A stretch of 64,000 nt of DNA, taken from NCBI GenBank assembly GCA_049970895.1, contig JBMFMB010000004.1, positions 1 through 64,000 on the forward strand. The letters run 5' to 3'. The DNA comes from Candidatus Bathyarchaeia archaeon. GTDB taxonomy: Archaea > Thermoproteota > Bathyarchaeia > Bathyarchaeales > Bathycorpusculaceae. A program made the position numbers and the translations under genes. Shown in pieces: positions 50,084 through 62,181 of this stretch; within the stretch, counting starts at the first letter, position 1; every line of letters begins with the position of its first letter. The notes beneath the pieces were generated by a model that ran no database searches, was not told the origin of the DNA, and worked only from the letters and a program-made list of their open reading frames with translations.

Positions 50084-51973
50084 CTAGGCTTTTCGGATTT
50101 TAGCCTCCACTATTGGGATTAGGTCGTCCATGCCCAAAGCCTTAAGCTTCTCTGGTGTGGGTATGCCATCCCTAGTCCAGCCCCTCACCTCATAATAGTC
50201 ATCCAGCATCATATCAAGCTCTTCTTGGGTGACATAAGCGCCCTTGGATGGACCTACGTCTGGGATTGGCATGTGCATAACCTTGTAAGGCAGATGGTCG
50301 TCTTTTCTGCCTAAGCCCTCTCGGACGTTTATGACTCTGGCAAGGTTGTTTATCCGCTCGCCTTTTAGGCGCATCTCCTCGGGTGTTGTTTCAAAACCAG
50401 TTACAAGCGTGTAAAGCTTGGCTAAATCCTCAAACTCCTTGTAGTAGGTGCCCCTTGAAAACTTGCAGATAATCAGCGAATCAATAATGGTATAAACGTC
50501 TTCGATGTCTTTAACCGCTTTCGCTCTGCCCTTCTCATACTTTAATCTGTTAAACTTGCCTTTAACGTCGAAGGCGTAGGCTCCATGCCTGTTGTGGTCG
50601 GCGCCACGGAACGAGACAGCGAAGCCCAAAGCTGCCGTCTTAAGAGAGCGCAAGTCGTAGCCGGTAACCTCAACGCCTTTAATGTGTTGGGCGAGCTTCT
50701 CGGCACCCTTTCCAATTTTTTCAGCTGCAAACTTCACACCTTCAGCTAGGATGTCGCCGATGCCCTCGCGTTTGCCCATCTTTTCCAAAAGCTTCACAAG
50801 AGCTTCGTGGTTGCCGAAGCGGGCTTCAATGCCATCCATATCCTTCTGTGTTAAAATGCCGTTTTCATAGCAGTCCATGGCAAAGCCTACAATCACGCCA
50901 GCGCTGATAGAATCCATGCCATAATAGTTGCAAAGCTCACAACCCTTAATAACGGCGTCTAGGCGGTCAATCCCACAGTAAGGTCCCATAGCCCACAAAG
51001 GCTCATATTCAACCCTCGCCATAGCACCCTTAAACGGTCCCTCATTAACGACACAGATGTGTTCGCATCTCATGGCACATGAGCTGCAACCGATGATTTT
51101 CGCCACATACCTCTCGTTCAAATATTCACCGCTAACCTTTTCCGCGGCTTCAAAATGCGCATTATTATAGTTCCGTGTTGGCATGCAGTGTAAAGCATTA
51201 TGCACTAAAACGTTTTCAGGTGTTCCCAAAGTCCTATACTTCTTTGTGGCTGGCCCCTTCATCCTCTCATGGAACTCCTTAACAAATTCTAGGAACTCGT
51301 CTGGCCTCGCCACCGTCACGTCGTGGGTTCCGCGAACAGCAATAGCCTTCAAATTCTTTGAACCCATAACAGCGCCCATGCCGCATCTTCCAGCAGCCCT
51401 AGTTTTCTCGTTAATTATGCATGCTATCCGCACGAGTTTTTCTCCAGCTGGTCCGATGGCGGCAACCCGAATGTAGTAGTCGCCCAACTCCTCCTTAATC
51501 ATATCTTCTGTTTCGGCTGGCGGCTTCCCCCACAAATGGGAGGCATCCAAAATCTGAACTGAATCGTCGTCAATCCAGACGTAGACGGGCTTTTCAGCCT
51601 TGCCATGGAAGATAACCGCGTCGTAACCAGCCCTTTTCAGCTCTGTGCCAAAACTGCCATGAGACTTAGACTCGCCGATGCCATAACTTTGGGGAGACTT
51701 AGCCACAAAAGCGTGGCCGTTTCCACCAGTGGGCCAAACGGTGCCAGAAGTTGGGCCAGTAGCCAAAACCAGCGGGTTTTCTGGGCTGAAGGGGTCAACT
51801 CCAGCCTTTGAATTGTCAAACCACAAGCGCATCCCAAGGCCTATTCCGCCAATGTATTTTTTGGCATAATCCTCGTTCAGCGGCTCCGTGTACGTTTTAC
51901 CAGTTGTTAGGTCTACGTGGAGAATTTTGCCAGCATAGCCATACAACCTAATTTTCCTCCATATCTCAGCCAT
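50084..51973 (-). CDS. aor: tungsten aldehyde:ferredoxin oxidoreductase family
   Basis: GYAGKIL, KSP, IGPAGE, GRCGMGAVMGSKNLK, C..C..RC, EYE, DDYYEVRGW. Confidence 0.95.
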   Translation of the reverse strand: MAEIWRKIRLYGYAGKILHVDLTTGKTYTEPLNEDYAKKYIGGIGLGMRLWFDNSKAGVDPFSPENPLVLATGPTSGTVWPTGGNGHAFVAKSPQSYGIGESKSHGSFGTELKRAGYDAVIFHGKAEKPVYVWIDDDSVQILDASHLWGKPPAETEDMIKEELGDYYIRVAAIGPAGEKLVRIACIINEKTRAAGRCGMGAVMGSKNLKAIAVRGTHDVTVARPDEFLEFVKEFHERMKGPATKKYRTLGTPENVLVHNALHCMPTRNYNNAHFEAAEKVSGEYLNERYVAKIIGCSSCAMRCEHICVVNEGPFKGAMARVEYEPLWAMGPYCGIDRLDAVIKGCELCNYYGMDSISAGVIVGFAMDCYENGILTQKDMDGIEARFGNHEALVKLLEKMGKREGIGDILAEGVKFAAEKIGKGAEKLAQHIKGVEVTGYDLRSLKTAALGFAVSFRGADHNRHGAYAFDVKGKFNRLKYEKGRAKAVKDIEDVYTIIDSLIICKFSRGTYYKEFEDLAKLYTLVTGFETTPEEMRLKGERINNLARVINVREGLGRKDDHLPYKVMHMPIPDVGPSKGAYVTQEELDMMLDDYYEVRGWTRDGIPTPEKLKALGMDDLIPIVEAKIRKA

Positions 51974-52108
51974 TTTTAGCGAGAATTAGATAACTCTATG
52001 TGATTTATATATTAATGTATCTGTTCACAATCGTCAGACATCTCCTTAAAATTTGAGGAAAATTTTGAAAGATGGAAGGGAACGAAGAAAGGAAGGAATT
52101 TAAAGAGC

Positions 52109-53674
52109 TTATAGTGTTTCCTTTAAGATTTCCAATATGTCCCTTACAGATATTTTATCTTCAACCTCAAGGACTTTTGTGGCGTCCTCTAATGTTGTTA
52201 CGCAGAAGGGGCAAGCCACGGCAATAACTTCAACTCCAAGCTCTAAGGCCTCTTTAACGCGGTTTACGCAAGGCCTCTTCTCTGGTTCGGCTTCTTCTGT
52301 CCAAACTCTTCCAGCCCCACCACCGCAGCAGAAGCTGGCTTCCCTTGTGCGCTTCATTTCAATGAGCTCTAGCCCGTTTATTGATTGGAGTATGCGTCTT
52401 GGCTCTTCGTAAATTTGGTTTCGCTTTCCAAGGAAGCATGGGTCGTGGTAGGCAACCCGCTTATTATAGGGCTTTGTGGGTTTGAGTTTGCCGTTTTCTA
52501 GAGTTTCTGCCAAAAACTGCGTGTAGTGCTGAACGTTCAGCCCCAAATCTTTGTAGGGCTTGTCATTTTTGAACGTGTTGTAGCAGTGAGGCGAAACCGT
52601 CACAATTCGGTTTGCGTTAAACTTTTTGAAGACAGCCACATTGTGTTCTGCAAGCATTTCAAACAAGCCTTTCTCGCCCATGCGCAGTATATGGTCTCCG
52701 CAACACCATTCCTCCTCGCCTAAAGTAGCGTAGTCAACGCCGAGCCTATCAAAAATTGTTGCCATTGTTCTGGCTATATCCCTATTCCTAACGTCGTAGG
52801 CTGTTGAGCAGCAAACGAAGAAGAGGACATCAGTCCCCGTCACGTTTGGGTAGGTTTTAACGTTTAAGCCCTCAGCCCAAGCCATCCGTCTACTCTGGTG
52901 GGTTCCCATAGGGTTATGGTATTTCATGACACTTTCAAGAACATCCTTAACGGTTCTTGGGATGGCTCCCATTTCAACTAATAGGCTGCGGTCCTCAACC
53001 ACAGAATCCGAACAGTTCACAAGTTTTGGACAGAAGAACGTACAAGAGTTGCATGAGGTGCAGAGCCAAACGTTATCAGCCATGGGCTTAAGCCTCTCAT
53101 CCAAGCCCTCATCCCTCGAATCGGCTATAAAACGGTAGTTAGCCGTCAAAGCCGAAGGTCCAAGGAACCTTTCGTCTATGGCTGCTGGACAAGCGGAGTA
53201 GCAAATTGAACATTTAGTGCAGAGCGTTAAGTCCCAATATTTTTTGAGGTCTTCTGGAGACTGGATGAACTCTTCGAGCTTTTTGAAGGCTTCAGGAGGC
53301 TTAATCAGCACAGTCCTAATTTTCCTAAGGTTTTGGAAGAAGGGTTGGATGTCAACCACCAAATCCTTTATGACTGGAAGGTTCGAGAGGGGCTCGATGG
53401 TTATTGTATCCGCATTAATGTCAAGAACTTGTGTATAGCATGCCAGCATTGGTTTTCCATTAATGTTCACTGCACAGCTTCCACAAATGCCCATCCGGCA
53501 TGAATGCCTAAAAGTTAGCGTTTCATCAAAATTCTCCTTAATATAATTAAGCACGTCAAGGATTGTTGTTCCGCGGCGTATCGGCACCTTAAATGTGGAA
53601 ATGTAACTCCTTTTGGCGTCTGGGTCGTAGCGGCGAATTCTGAATTCAACTATTTTAACAGCTTCACTATTCAT
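52109..53674 (-). CDS. tfrB: fumarate reductase Fe-S subunit fused to two CCG domains (TfrB-type)
   Basis: SCRMGICGSC, two 4Fe-4S motifs, WCCG and FCCGGG. Confidence 0.85.
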   Translation of the reverse strand: MNSEAVKIVEFRIRRYDPDAKRSYISTFKVPIRRGTTILDVLNYIKENFDETLTFRHSCRMGICGSCAVNINGKPMLACYTQVLDINADTITIEPLSNLPVIKDLVVDIQPFFQNLRKIRTVLIKPPEAFKKLEEFIQSPEDLKKYWDLTLCTKCSICYSACPAAIDERFLGPSALTANYRFIADSRDEGLDERLKPMADNVWLCTSCNSCTFFCPKLVNCSDSVVEDRSLLVEMGAIPRTVKDVLESVMKYHNPMGTHQSRRMAWAEGLNVKTYPNVTGTDVLFFVCCSTAYDVRNRDIARTMATIFDRLGVDYATLGEEEWCCGDHILRMGEKGLFEMLAEHNVAVFKKFNANRIVTVSPHCYNTFKNDKPYKDLGLNVQHYTQFLAETLENGKLKPTKPYNKRVAYHDPCFLGKRNQIYEEPRRILQSINGLELIEMKRTREASFCCGGGAGRVWTEEAEPEKRPCVNRVKEALELGVEVIAVACPFCVTTLEDATKVLEVEDKISVRDILEILKETL

Positions 53675-53688
53675 GTGCCAAGCCTCCC

Positions 53689-55389
53689 CTAATACTTTCT
53701 GACAGTGGGCTGCCACTTCGTAACTGTAACGGGGATGTACTCAAGCCTTGGGCCGTCCACTGTGTGGTATGCTAGTGTGTGCACAAGCCACTTCTCATCG
53801 TCGCGTTTTGGATAGTCAAGCCTTGAATGGGCGCCCCGCGACTCTGTTCTGGCTAATGCGCTGATTATGGTGACTTCAGCCAAGTCTAGCATGAAGTCGA
53901 GCTGTAGGGCTGCCGTAAATCCAGTGTTGAAGGTTTTGCCCTTATCCTCAACCTTTATGTGTTTAAACCTCTCCTTAAGGGTTCGAATCTCCTTTAAGGC
54001 GCTTTTCAATTCTTCGCCTGTTCTGAAAATCCAAACCTTAGTGTTCATAAGCCTCCTCATCTCGTCTCTAAGCCGTGGAACCCTCTCTTCACCCTCTCTT
54101 CCGAGGATACCGTCAAAAACCCGCTTTTCCTCGGCTAACGCCTTCTCCTCTGGAAATTCATGGAAACTGGCGGACATAGCGTATCTTGCTGCTTCCTCCC
54201 CTGCGACAGCCCCGAAAACCAAGCATTCAGCCGTTGAGTTTGTTCCAAGCCTATTGGCGCCGTGAAGGCTCAAGCAGGAGCATTCGCCAGCAGCATATAA
54301 CCCTCTGATGGGCGTTTCAGTTCTAATGTTGGCTTTTATTCCACCCATGGAATAGTGGGCTGCCGGACGAATTGGTATTGGCTCCTTAATCGGGTCAACC
54401 CCAGCAAGTTTTATGGCGACATCCCTTATTAGCGGCAGTCTCTCGTTAATTTTTTCTTCGCCTAAATGCCTAAGGTCCAACGCTATGTATGGTCCATGGG
54501 GACCAGTGAAGGCTCTTCCCTCAAGGATTTCAGTTTGCTCCGCCCTCGAAACCACATCACGAGGGGCTAACTCCATCTTTTCTGGGGCGTAACGCTTCAT
54601 GAAGCGTTCCCCAAGGGCGTTAAGCAAATAGCCGCCTTCACCCCTTGCGCCTTCAGTGATTAAAACGCCTGAAGGCACCAGTCCTGTTGGGTGAAATTGG
54701 ACGAACTCCATGTCTTCTAGGGGTGCGCCAGCCCGATAAGCCATAGCCATGCCATCGCCAGTCGTTGTGTGGGAGAAAGTTGTAAACTCGTATATGCGTT
54801 CATGTCCACCAGTAGCCATAACAACAGCCTTAGCTTTGAAAGCATGCATCTCGCCGGTTTTAAGCTCTATGGCTGTTAATCCCGCTACTGTGCCGTCCTC
54901 AACTATGAGCGATGTGGCAAACCACTCGTCGTAGAACTTCACATTTTCGTAGGTTATGGCTTTACCATAAAGTGTGTGCATCTCATGAAAGCCCGTCATA
55001 TCAGCCGCAAAACAAGCCCTCGGAAAGGTGTGCCCTCCGAAGGGACGCTGGTCTATTTTGCCGTCTGGCGTTCTGCTCCACGGGCAACCCCAATGCTCCA
55101 TTAGGATAATCTCTCTGGGGGCTTGCTCAACAAAGAACTCCACAACATCTTGGTCTGCAAGATAATCAGCACCCTTAACGGTGTCAAAAGCATGCAAATC
55201 AAAGGAATCCTTCTCCCTCATGACGGCGGCTGTTCCGCCCTGTGCACAGACAGAATGCGACCTCAAAGGGTGAAGCTTCGAGATCACCGCTATGTCCAGT
55301 TTGCTATTGTATTCGGCAGCTGCAACGGCAGCCCTTAAGCCAGCCAAGCCAGCGCCAACAATAACTATGTCGTGGGAGTGTTTCTCCAT
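53689..55389 (-). CDS. tfrA: fumarate reductase/succinate dehydrogenase flavoprotein (TfrA-type)
   Basis: [39 protein letters not shown]. Confidence 0.9.
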   Translation of the reverse strand: MEKHSHDIVIVGAGLAGLRAAVAAAEYNSKLDIAVISKLHPLRSHSVCAQGGTAAVMREKDSFDLHAFDTVKGADYLADQDVVEFFVEQAPREIILMEHWGCPWSRTPDGKIDQRPFGGHTFPRACFAADMTGFHEMHTLYGKAITYENVKFYDEWFATSLIVEDGTVAGLTAIELKTGEMHAFKAKAVVMATGGHERIYEFTTFSHTTTGDGMAMAYRAGAPLEDMEFVQFHPTGLVPSGVLITEGARGEGGYLLNALGERFMKRYAPEKMELAPRDVVSRAEQTEILEGRAFTGPHGPYIALDLRHLGEEKINERLPLIRDVAIKLAGVDPIKEPIPIRPAAHYSMGGIKANIRTETPIRGLYAAGECSCLSLHGANRLGTNSTAECLVFGAVAGEEAARYAMSASFHEFPEEKALAEEKRVFDGILGREGEERVPRLRDEMRRLMNTKVWIFRTGEELKSALKEIRTLKERFKHIKVEDKGKTFNTGFTAALQLDFMLDLAEVTIISALARTESRGAHSRLDYPKRDDEKWLVHTLAYHTVDGPRLEYIPVTVTKWQPTVRKY

Positions 55390-55534
55390 TAACAGTACCG
55401 CCATTTTGAAGAAATAACTTAGTTTCGCCTTCTAACGTTTATATTTTTCCGAAACAGCCACCATGTTAAACTTATTTTAGAGCGAAGCCAATAAATTGTA
55501 TAAGGCTACTGAGCAAATAGTGAAAGGGCGAGAA

Positions 55535-57046
55535 ATGTTCAATAAAGTTCTAATTGCCAACAGGGGAGAAATCGCCTTAAGGGCGATTAGGGCATGTAGG
55601 GAACTTGGCGTTAAAACAGTCGCTGTCTACTCTGAGGCGGATGCCGACTCGCTTCATGTCCAGTATGCTGATGAATGCTATTTTATAGGCGCGGCGGAAC
55701 CAAGCCAAAGCTACCTAAACATAGAAAAAATAATAGAAACAGCTAAAAAATCTGGTTGCGAAGCCATCCACCCGGGATATGGTTTTCTATCCCAAATTCC
55801 AGCCTTTGCAGAGGCATGCGCTGAAAACGGCTTGGAGTTCATTGGTCCCCCAGCCGAAGTGCTAAAAAGAATGGGGAATAAGGTTGAGGCTCGGAAGGCT
55901 GCGGCTGAAGCTGGAGTGCCAGTCATCCCCGGAAGCATAAACCCAACCAAAAGCCCAGAAGAAGCCATAAAAATAGCCGAAAAAGTTGGTTATCCAGTTT
56001 TGGTTAAGGCTGTTTATGGGGGTGGCGGGAAGGGCATGCGCCTAGTCAAAGATGGAGATGAAATGCGCCACATTTTGGAAACCGCCGCCTTGGAGGCGGA
56101 ATCCTCCTTTGGAAGCCGTGAAATCTACATTGAAAAGTTTCTTCCAAGGGCGAGGCATATTGAATTCCAAATACTAGCCGACAAGGGAGGGCGAGTAATC
56201 CACTTGGGCGAAAGGGAATGCTCAATCCAGAGGCGATACCAAAAACTCATTGAGGAGACACCATCGCCCTTCATGACGGCGGAACTGCGGAGGGAAATGG
56301 GCAAAGCAGCCATAAAAATTGCAAAAACCATTAACTATGTTAATGCCGGAACCGTCGAATTCCTCGTCGACCAAAGTGGCAACTATTACTTTTTGGAAAT
56401 GAACACTAGGCTTCAGGTGGAGCACTTAATCACCGAAATGGTGACGGGCATAGACATAGTTAAAGAGCAGATAAGGATTGCCGCTGACGAAAAACTCGCC
56501 TTCAACCAGAGGGACGTGAAAATCCGCGGACATGCCATAAACTGTCGAATAAACGCCGAAGACCCCTATAACAACTTTGCACCATCACCTGGAACCGTGA
56601 CAAATCTGCGGTTGCCAGGCGGTCCAGGCGTTAGGGTTGACACACACCTTTACGCTGGCTATACTATATCGGTTTTCTATGACCCGTTGATTGCAAAGCT
56701 TGCTGTTTGGGGTTTAAACCGCCAAGAAGCCATAAGGAGGATGCGCAACGCCCTAGAAGAATTCGTAATAGAAGGGGTTAAAACCACAATCCCCCTCCAT
56801 AAGCGAATAATGGAGGATGAAGACTTCTTAAGAGGAGACATCCACATAAACTTCGTTGGCGAAAGAATTTGGAAACTTCTTCCAGAAAAAGCCCTAACAG
56901 AGGAGGAGATAGCCGCACTCACCGCTGTGCTGGCAAACCAAACAAGCGAAGCAAAAGTCAGAGCACTAACCATAAAGCGTGAACAAGGGAAAGCTTCTCT
57001 TTGGAAGGCTGCTGGCAGAATTATTGGGCTGAGGCGAATCCTTTGA
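55535..57046 (+). CDS. accC: biotin carboxylase with C-terminal tail
   Basis: ANRGEIA, HPGYGFLS, GGGGKGMR, ERECSIQRR, EMNTRLQVEH. Confidence 0.95.
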   Translation: MFNKVLIANRGEIALRAIRACRELGVKTVAVYSEADADSLHVQYADECYFIGAAEPSQSYLNIEKIIETAKKSGCEAIHPGYGFLSQIPAFAEACAENGLEFIGPPAEVLKRMGNKVEARKAAAEAGVPVIPGSINPTKSPEEAIKIAEKVGYPVLVKAVYGGGGKGMRLVKDGDEMRHILETAALEAESSFGSREIYIEKFLPRARHIEFQILADKGGRVIHLGERECSIQRRYQKLIEETPSPFMTAELRREMGKAAIKIAKTINYVNAGTVEFLVDQSGNYYFLEMNTRLQVEHLITEMVTGIDIVKEQIRIAADEKLAFNQRDVKIRGHAINCRINAEDPYNNFAPSPGTVTNLRLPGGPGVRVDTHLYAGYTISVFYDPLIAKLAVWGLNRQEAIRRMRNALEEFVIEGVKTTIPLHKRIMEDEDFLRGDIHINFVGERIWKLLPEKALTEEEIAALTAVLANQTSEAKVRALTIKREQGKASLWKAAGRIIGLRRIL

Positions 57047-57582
57047 AAGTCTATGAAGTCTTAGTGGACAAGAAGGCACACAACATCAAGGTTTTGAAGA
57101 GGGAAAACGCCTCTTTTATCGTTGATGTTGATGGGAAAACTTTGGAGGTTAAATTTGCCAATTCCGGCGGCGGAAAATTTTCCCTAGAAATAAACGGTGA
57201 GAAGGTTCAAGCAGAGCTTTTTAGGTTGTCTGAAAACAAAATGAGGGTTAAAGTTGGCGCTAAAACCTTTGAGGTTCAATATCCAACGCCCACTTTTAAG
57301 CCGGAAACCTTGAAGGCTGAGGTTCTTCCCGCTATTACTAAAAAGCCAACGGTAAGCCTCGCATTCGGGAAGGATGCTGTTTTGGCTCCAATAGCTGGAA
57401 GGATTGTGGCATTAAAGATCAGCGTTGGACAAAGAGTTTCAAAAGGAGAGTGCGTATGCGTTTTGGAAGCCATGAAAATGGCAAATGAGGTGGCAGCACC
57501 AAAAGACGGGGTTGTCAAGGAAATCCTTGTCTCTGAAGGGGCTGTTGTGAATAAAGGCGATGTTTTGGCAATCATAGCTTAG
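57043..57582 (+). CDS. biotin carboxyl carrier protein 1
   Basis: EAMKM biotinylation motif; the TTG start overlaps the upstream TGA. Confidence 0.93.
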   Translation: MKVYEVLVDKKAHNIKVLKRENASFIVDVDGKTLEVKFANSGGGKFSLEINGEKVQAELFRLSENKMRVKVGAKTFEVQYPTPTFKPETLKAEVLPAITKKPTVSLAFGKDAVLAPIAGRIVALKISVGQRVSKGECVCVLEAMKMANEVAAPKDGVVKEILVSEGAVVNKGDVLAIIA

Positions 57583-57647
57583 AAACTTTTTTATAATAAT
57601 GGCTATTGCTTTTAAACCTCAATCGGGAAAGGAGTTGAAATAATCAC

Positions 57648-58049
57648 ATGTTTATCGGTGTGGACCATGTCGGCGTGGCGGTTAAAAATTTGGATGGGGC
57701 TATTGGAGTTTACCGAGACATTTTGGGCTTCAAGCTTTTAGGAGTTCACGTCCTAACAGAGCGGAAGGTTAAGGTGGCTTTCCTATCCACAGGCGGCGAA
57801 ACCCAAATCGAGCTTTTAGAGCCTCTGGGCAGTGATAGTCCTGTTGCCAAATTCCTTGAAAGTCGTGGTGAGGGCATCCACCACATAGCCGTCAAAGTGG
57901 ACGACATCGAAAATGCTTTGGAAGAGCTTAAGAAGAAGGGCGTAATGCTTATTGACGAAAAGCCGAGGGATGGCGCTGAGGGAAAGAAGATAGCCTTTGT
58001 CCATCCAAAAAGCACCAAGGGCGTCCTACTAGAACTCGTGATGGAGTAA
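57648..58049 (+). CDS. mce: methylmalonyl-CoA epimerase
   Basis: [34 protein letters not shown]. Confidence 0.96.
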   Translation: MFIGVDHVGVAVKNLDGAIGVYRDILGFKLLGVHVLTERKVKVAFLSTGGETQIELLEPLGSDSPVAKFLESRGEGIHHIAVKVDDIENALEELKKKGVMLIDEKPRDGAEGKKIAFVHPKSTKGVLLELVME

Positions 58050-58169
58050 AGCGAGAAAATCATAATCATCCAGATTGGGGGCTGAAGCCTTCTGCGTCCA
58101 GTAAAAACAGTCCTCCTCATCCAGTGTTTCCACTCTTTCGTAAGCGGTGTTCTCGGCGTTGTAATACCA

Positions 58170-59213
58170 TTGATGATGAAGGAGAGGCGCATAGACATAG
58201 TGCTGATAGGCTTTGTTTTTGCATCTATGCCCATAATAATGCAGCTGGGCAGAATGTTCTTCGCCACCCTCTCAGACTTTTTTGGAAGGAAGCCCTTCTT
58301 CATGGCAAACGGCTTTCTGGGCGCGGTTTCAAGCCTCATATACTATTTCGCCCACACACCAATGGAGTTCCTTTTCGGAAAAGTTGCAGAGGGAACAAAG
58401 GAAGGCGCCATATGGGCTGTTAACAGGGCTTATATCCTAGAAAGGAGCCGTGGAAACTGGAGGCTCCTTGTAAACCTAAGAACAGTTGTTTACGTTGCCT
58501 TTGCCGTGGGCAGCTTCATAGCTGGATTTCTGGCAGCCCTAATCCTATATGAGGGGACAATGATTCTCTGCGCTCTTTTAGGATTTTTGAGTTTCCTCCT
58601 CTCCTTTACGCTGATTGATGAGAGAAAAGGCGAGTTTAATGTCCAGCAAGCCTTACGTTTTCTCGATTTTAGAAGGAAAGGGCGAACCTTCAAAATTTTC
58701 CTCCTTCTCTTCTTCACATTAGGCTTGGCTTTCGGCTTCCGCTCCGGATACGTCATACCCTACTTCCTAAGCACCGTCGGCTTTTCTAAAGAAGATGTTG
58801 GACTGATTTTTGGAGCCATGATTCTTATGGCGGGATTTTCCTCATACATTTTCTCAAGATGCCATGATGTTAAGAGTCTCATCTTAATAAGCGGAATAGC
58901 CTATTCGGTTCCCCTCATTTTTCTAGGCTTCTCTCCCCCGATTTTCACCGTTGCTTTCGTGATTGCTGTGGGCTTCGCTGAGGGAATGAACAGTGTTGGA
59001 CAGGAGGGAATCTTATCAAAAGTATGTGAAAGGGAATCTTATGGAACTGATATTGGCTTGCTCATGATGGGGCTTCACATAGGCGAGTCGGCAAGCCTAG
59101 CCCTAAGCGGAATAATAATCGCCAAATGGGGCTTCGCAATCTCCTTCATACTAGCATCCACCATACACGCGGCTTTCTATATGGGCGCCTTCAAACTATA
59201 TACGGAGAAATAG
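58170..59213 (+). CDS. MFS transporter
   Basis: SDFFGRK motif and multiple TM helices; start uncertain. Confidence 0.85.
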   Translation: MMMKERRIDIVLIGFVFASMPIIMQLGRMFFATLSDFFGRKPFFMANGFLGAVSSLIYYFAHTPMEFLFGKVAEGTKEGAIWAVNRAYILERSRGNWRLLVNLRTVVYVAFAVGSFIAGFLAALILYEGTMILCALLGFLSFLLSFTLIDERKGEFNVQQALRFLDFRRKGRTFKIFLLLFFTLGLAFGFRSGYVIPYFLSTVGFSKEDVGLIFGAMILMAGFSSYIFSRCHDVKSLILISGIAYSVPLIFLGFSPPIFTVAFVIAVGFAEGMNSVGQEGILSKVCERESYGTDIGLLMMGLHIGESASLALSGIIIAKWGFAISFILASTIHAAFYMGAFKLYTEK

Positions 59214-59215
59214 CC

Positions 59216-60037
59216 TTGCCCACAAACATTAAAGTGGAAAAACTCCAAGAAGGACTGAAAACAAGGCTTATCGGAAAATACATTTTCTTCGCCCATGAGG
59301 TCGGTTCAACCAACAACTGGGCTAAGGAGCTGGCGGAACTCGACGCTCCAGAAGGCACAGTCGCCATAGCCGAAACCCAAACCGCTGGGCGTGGAAGACT
59401 CGGAAGAAAATGGATTTCACCAAAGGGCGGTTTATGGTTCTCAATAATTTTTAGGCCAAAACTTAAGCCGCAAGAAACCGTTAAGCTCGTGTTTTTGGCT
59501 TGCCTAGCCGTTGCTGAAACCATACGCGACATGTACGGCTTGAAGACTGAAATCAAGTGGCCAAACGATGTCCTAGTTGATGGTCGAAAGGTTTGCGGCA
59601 TACTCTCCGAAATGAAGACTGTTGGCGAAAAAGTGGATTACGCAATAATTGGTGTAGGCGTTAACGCCAACTTCGACGTGGAGAAAGAGTTTCCAGAAGA
59701 ACTCTGGGAAAAAGCCACATCCGTCCAAAAAGCCTTGGGCAGAAAAATCGCCTTAGAAGAGCTTTTTAAGGCTTTACTTGAGAAAATGGACAACCTCTAC
59801 CAAATCTTCCTAAAAGAAGGCTTCAAGCCAATTCTTGAAAAGTGGAAAGACTTAGCATACTTTCTGGGCTGCGAAGTGGAAGTTTACGGCGATGGCGAAA
59901 AATTTGAAGGCATAGCCTCCAGCGTCGGCGATGACGGAGCACTGATTTTAAAGCTTAAAGACGGCTCGGAAAGGCGTATTTTTGCCGGAGACTTATCCAT
60001 AAAGTTGAGGTGTAAAGTTTCCTTTTCGGTTAAGTAG
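59216..60037 (+). CDS. birA: biotin-protein ligase (no HTH)
   Basis: STN, QTAGRGRLGRKW.SP, KWPND, KVCGIL. Confidence 0.96.
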   Translation: MPTNIKVEKLQEGLKTRLIGKYIFFAHEVGSTNNWAKELAELDAPEGTVAIAETQTAGRGRLGRKWISPKGGLWFSIIFRPKLKPQETVKLVFLACLAVAETIRDMYGLKTEIKWPNDVLVDGRKVCGILSEMKTVGEKVDYAIIGVGVNANFDVEKEFPEELWEKATSVQKALGRKIALEELFKALLEKMDNLYQIFLKEGFKPILEKWKDLAYFLGCEVEVYGDGEKFEGIASSVGDDGALILKLKDGSERRIFAGDLSIKLRCKVSFSVK

Positions 60038-60429
60038 AATCCGCGTTTTTCAGCTGTTCCAGAAGCACTTTTGGGTCTGGATGCCATTGTCCCCATTTTC
60101 TGCATATGTGCTCTGTCCAGCTGTAATTCTCGTAGGTGTAGGGGTCTGGGCGTCCATTTTTCAGTGGGATTTTCGCTTTTAGCCGCTTATAATAGTCTTG
60201 GGCTAGGTAGCCCTCGTCCATAACTCATGGCTTCAGAAACCATTTCGTCTGTTAGTTGCGCTCCCTATCCCGCGACAGTAATATGCTGTAGGCTTGAGAG
60301 GCGAAAGGCGCCTGCCGTCCAACCCCTAATAATTGTGCGTATAACGTTTTCTGGTGGCATGTCAGCCTTATACTTGCGGATGGACTTGTGGCTTAAAAGT
60401 GTCTGAATAACGGGATTTTGCTCCATCAT
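60030..60429 (-). pseudogene. nitroreductase remnant with internal deletion
   Basis: MEQNPVIQTLLSHKSIRKYK N-terminus and MDEGYLAQDYY...YSWTEH C-terminus, with the middle missing. Confidence 0.7.
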
Positions 60430-60556
60430 GGCATGAGTACTCCTTTTCAGTTCTGAAGTAAAGGTTAAGTTGAGATATAATTTTCTGGCTGCGGCTGCAT
60501 ATATCCTAAATACTGATTGCCCCTACATATTCTAGCAAACCGGAAGGTGTTGGTTT

Positions 60557-62125
60557 ATGGTGGAGATTAGAGAGCCAACTGTTGAGGAGAAGATTAGGCG
60601 TTTGCATGAAATGCGGGAGCAAGCCAAACTTGGCGGTGGGCTTAAACGCATTGAAGAGCAACACGCGAAGGGTAAGCTAACAGCTAGAGAACGCATAGAC
60701 CTCCTCTTAGACCCAGGAAGCTTCAACGAGCTTGACCAGTTTGTCGTCCATCAGTGCACTGATTTTGGCATGGCTGAACGCAAATACCTGGGCGACGGCG
60801 TTGTAACAGGCTATGGCACAATAGATGGAAGACTTGTCTACGTTTTCTCGCAAGACTTCACGGTTTTCGGCGGCTCATTAGGCGAAATGTTCGCACGTAA
60901 AGTCTGCAAACTCATGGATTTAGCCATGAAAACTGGCGCGCCGGTCATAGGCTTAAACGATTCTGGCGGGGCGCGAATCCAAGAGGGTGTTGCAAGCCTT
61001 GCTGGTTATGGCGACATATTCTTCCGTAATGTTATGGCTTCTGGCGTTATACCCCAAATATCCGCCATAATGGGACCATGTGCAGGCGGAGCCGTATACT
61101 CGCCAGCCCTAACAGACTTCATAATAATGGTGGACAAGACAAGCTACATGTTCATCACAGGACCAGATGTTGTCAAAACTGTTCTGGGACAAGAAGTAAC
61201 CTTTGAAGAGCTTGGTGGAGCAATGGTTCACAGTCAAACCAGTGGTGTAGCCCATTTCATAGCCAAAGACGAGGAGCAATGCATCCAAATAATTAAGAGG
61301 CTTTTGAGCTATTTACCCAGCAACTATCTTGAAGACCCGCCGTATGTGGAGACCGGGGATGACCCAAACCGAACAGACGAGGAATTAGCACGCATAATGC
61401 CAGACGACCCAGACAAACCCTACGACGTTAAGGAGATAATCCACCGCGTCGTAGACAACGGCGAATTCTTTGAAGTCCAACCTCTATGGGCGCCAAACAT
61501 AGCCATAGGCTTTGCAAGGTTGAATGGGCACACTGTTGGAATAGTAGCCAACCAACCAGCCTACTACGCTGGAGCCTTGGATATAAACTCTTCAACAAAA
61601 GCCGCGAGGTTTGTGCGTTTCTGTGACTGCTTCAACATACCAATAATAACTTTCGTAGACGTGCCAGGCTTCTTGCCGGGCATAGAGCAGGAACACGGTG
61701 GAATAATACGCCACGGTTCAAAACTGCTTTATGCCTACTGTGAAGCTACAGTTCCAAAAATAACCGTTATACTCCGCAAAGCTTATGGTGGAGCCTACGA
61801 CGTCATGGGCTCAAAACATTCAGGAGGAGACATAAACTATGCCTGGCCAACAGCCGAAATCGCCGTCATGGGACCGCAAGGAGCCATAAACATAATTTTT
61901 AGGAAGGAAATTGCCGAAGCACCAGATCCTGAGCAAAAACGCTTGGAGCTTGTCAGCGATTATAGGCGGAAGTTTGCCAACCCCTATGTGGCGGCGCAGA
62001 AGGGCTACATTGACGATGTTATAGAGCCAGCTGAAACACGCCCCAAACTAGTAAGCGCCCTTGAAATGCTCATGACAAAACGCGAGGCTAGACCATCCAA
62101 AAAACACGCGAACATTCCATTATAG
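60557..62125 (+). CDS. acyl-CoA carboxyltransferase (PccB / transcarboxylase 12S-like)
   Basis: [39 protein letters not shown]. Confidence 0.96.
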   Translation: MVEIREPTVEEKIRRLHEMREQAKLGGGLKRIEEQHAKGKLTARERIDLLLDPGSFNELDQFVVHQCTDFGMAERKYLGDGVVTGYGTIDGRLVYVFSQDFTVFGGSLGEMFARKVCKLMDLAMKTGAPVIGLNDSGGARIQEGVASLAGYGDIFFRNVMASGVIPQISAIMGPCAGGAVYSPALTDFIIMVDKTSYMFITGPDVVKTVLGQEVTFEELGGAMVHSQTSGVAHFIAKDEEQCIQIIKRLLSYLPSNYLEDPPYVETGDDPNRTDEELARIMPDDPDKPYDVKEIIHRVVDNGEFFEVQPLWAPNIAIGFARLNGHTVGIVANQPAYYAGALDINSSTKAARFVRFCDCFNIPIITFVDVPGFLPGIEQEHGGIIRHGSKLLYAYCEATVPKITVILRKAYGGAYDVMGSKHSGGDINYAWPTAEIAVMGPQGAINIIFRKEIAEAPDPEQKRLELVSDYRRKFANPYVAAQKGYIDDVIEPAETRPKLVSALEMLMTKREARPSKKHANIPL

Positions 62126-62181
62126 ATAAATAAGTGCTTCTCCAAGTTTCACTTTCTAACGCTCTCTCAAAGTGAAAGGTC

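Noticed and set aside
57746-58339. 197-aa minus-strand ORF
   Set aside because: Antisense to mce and the MFS gene.
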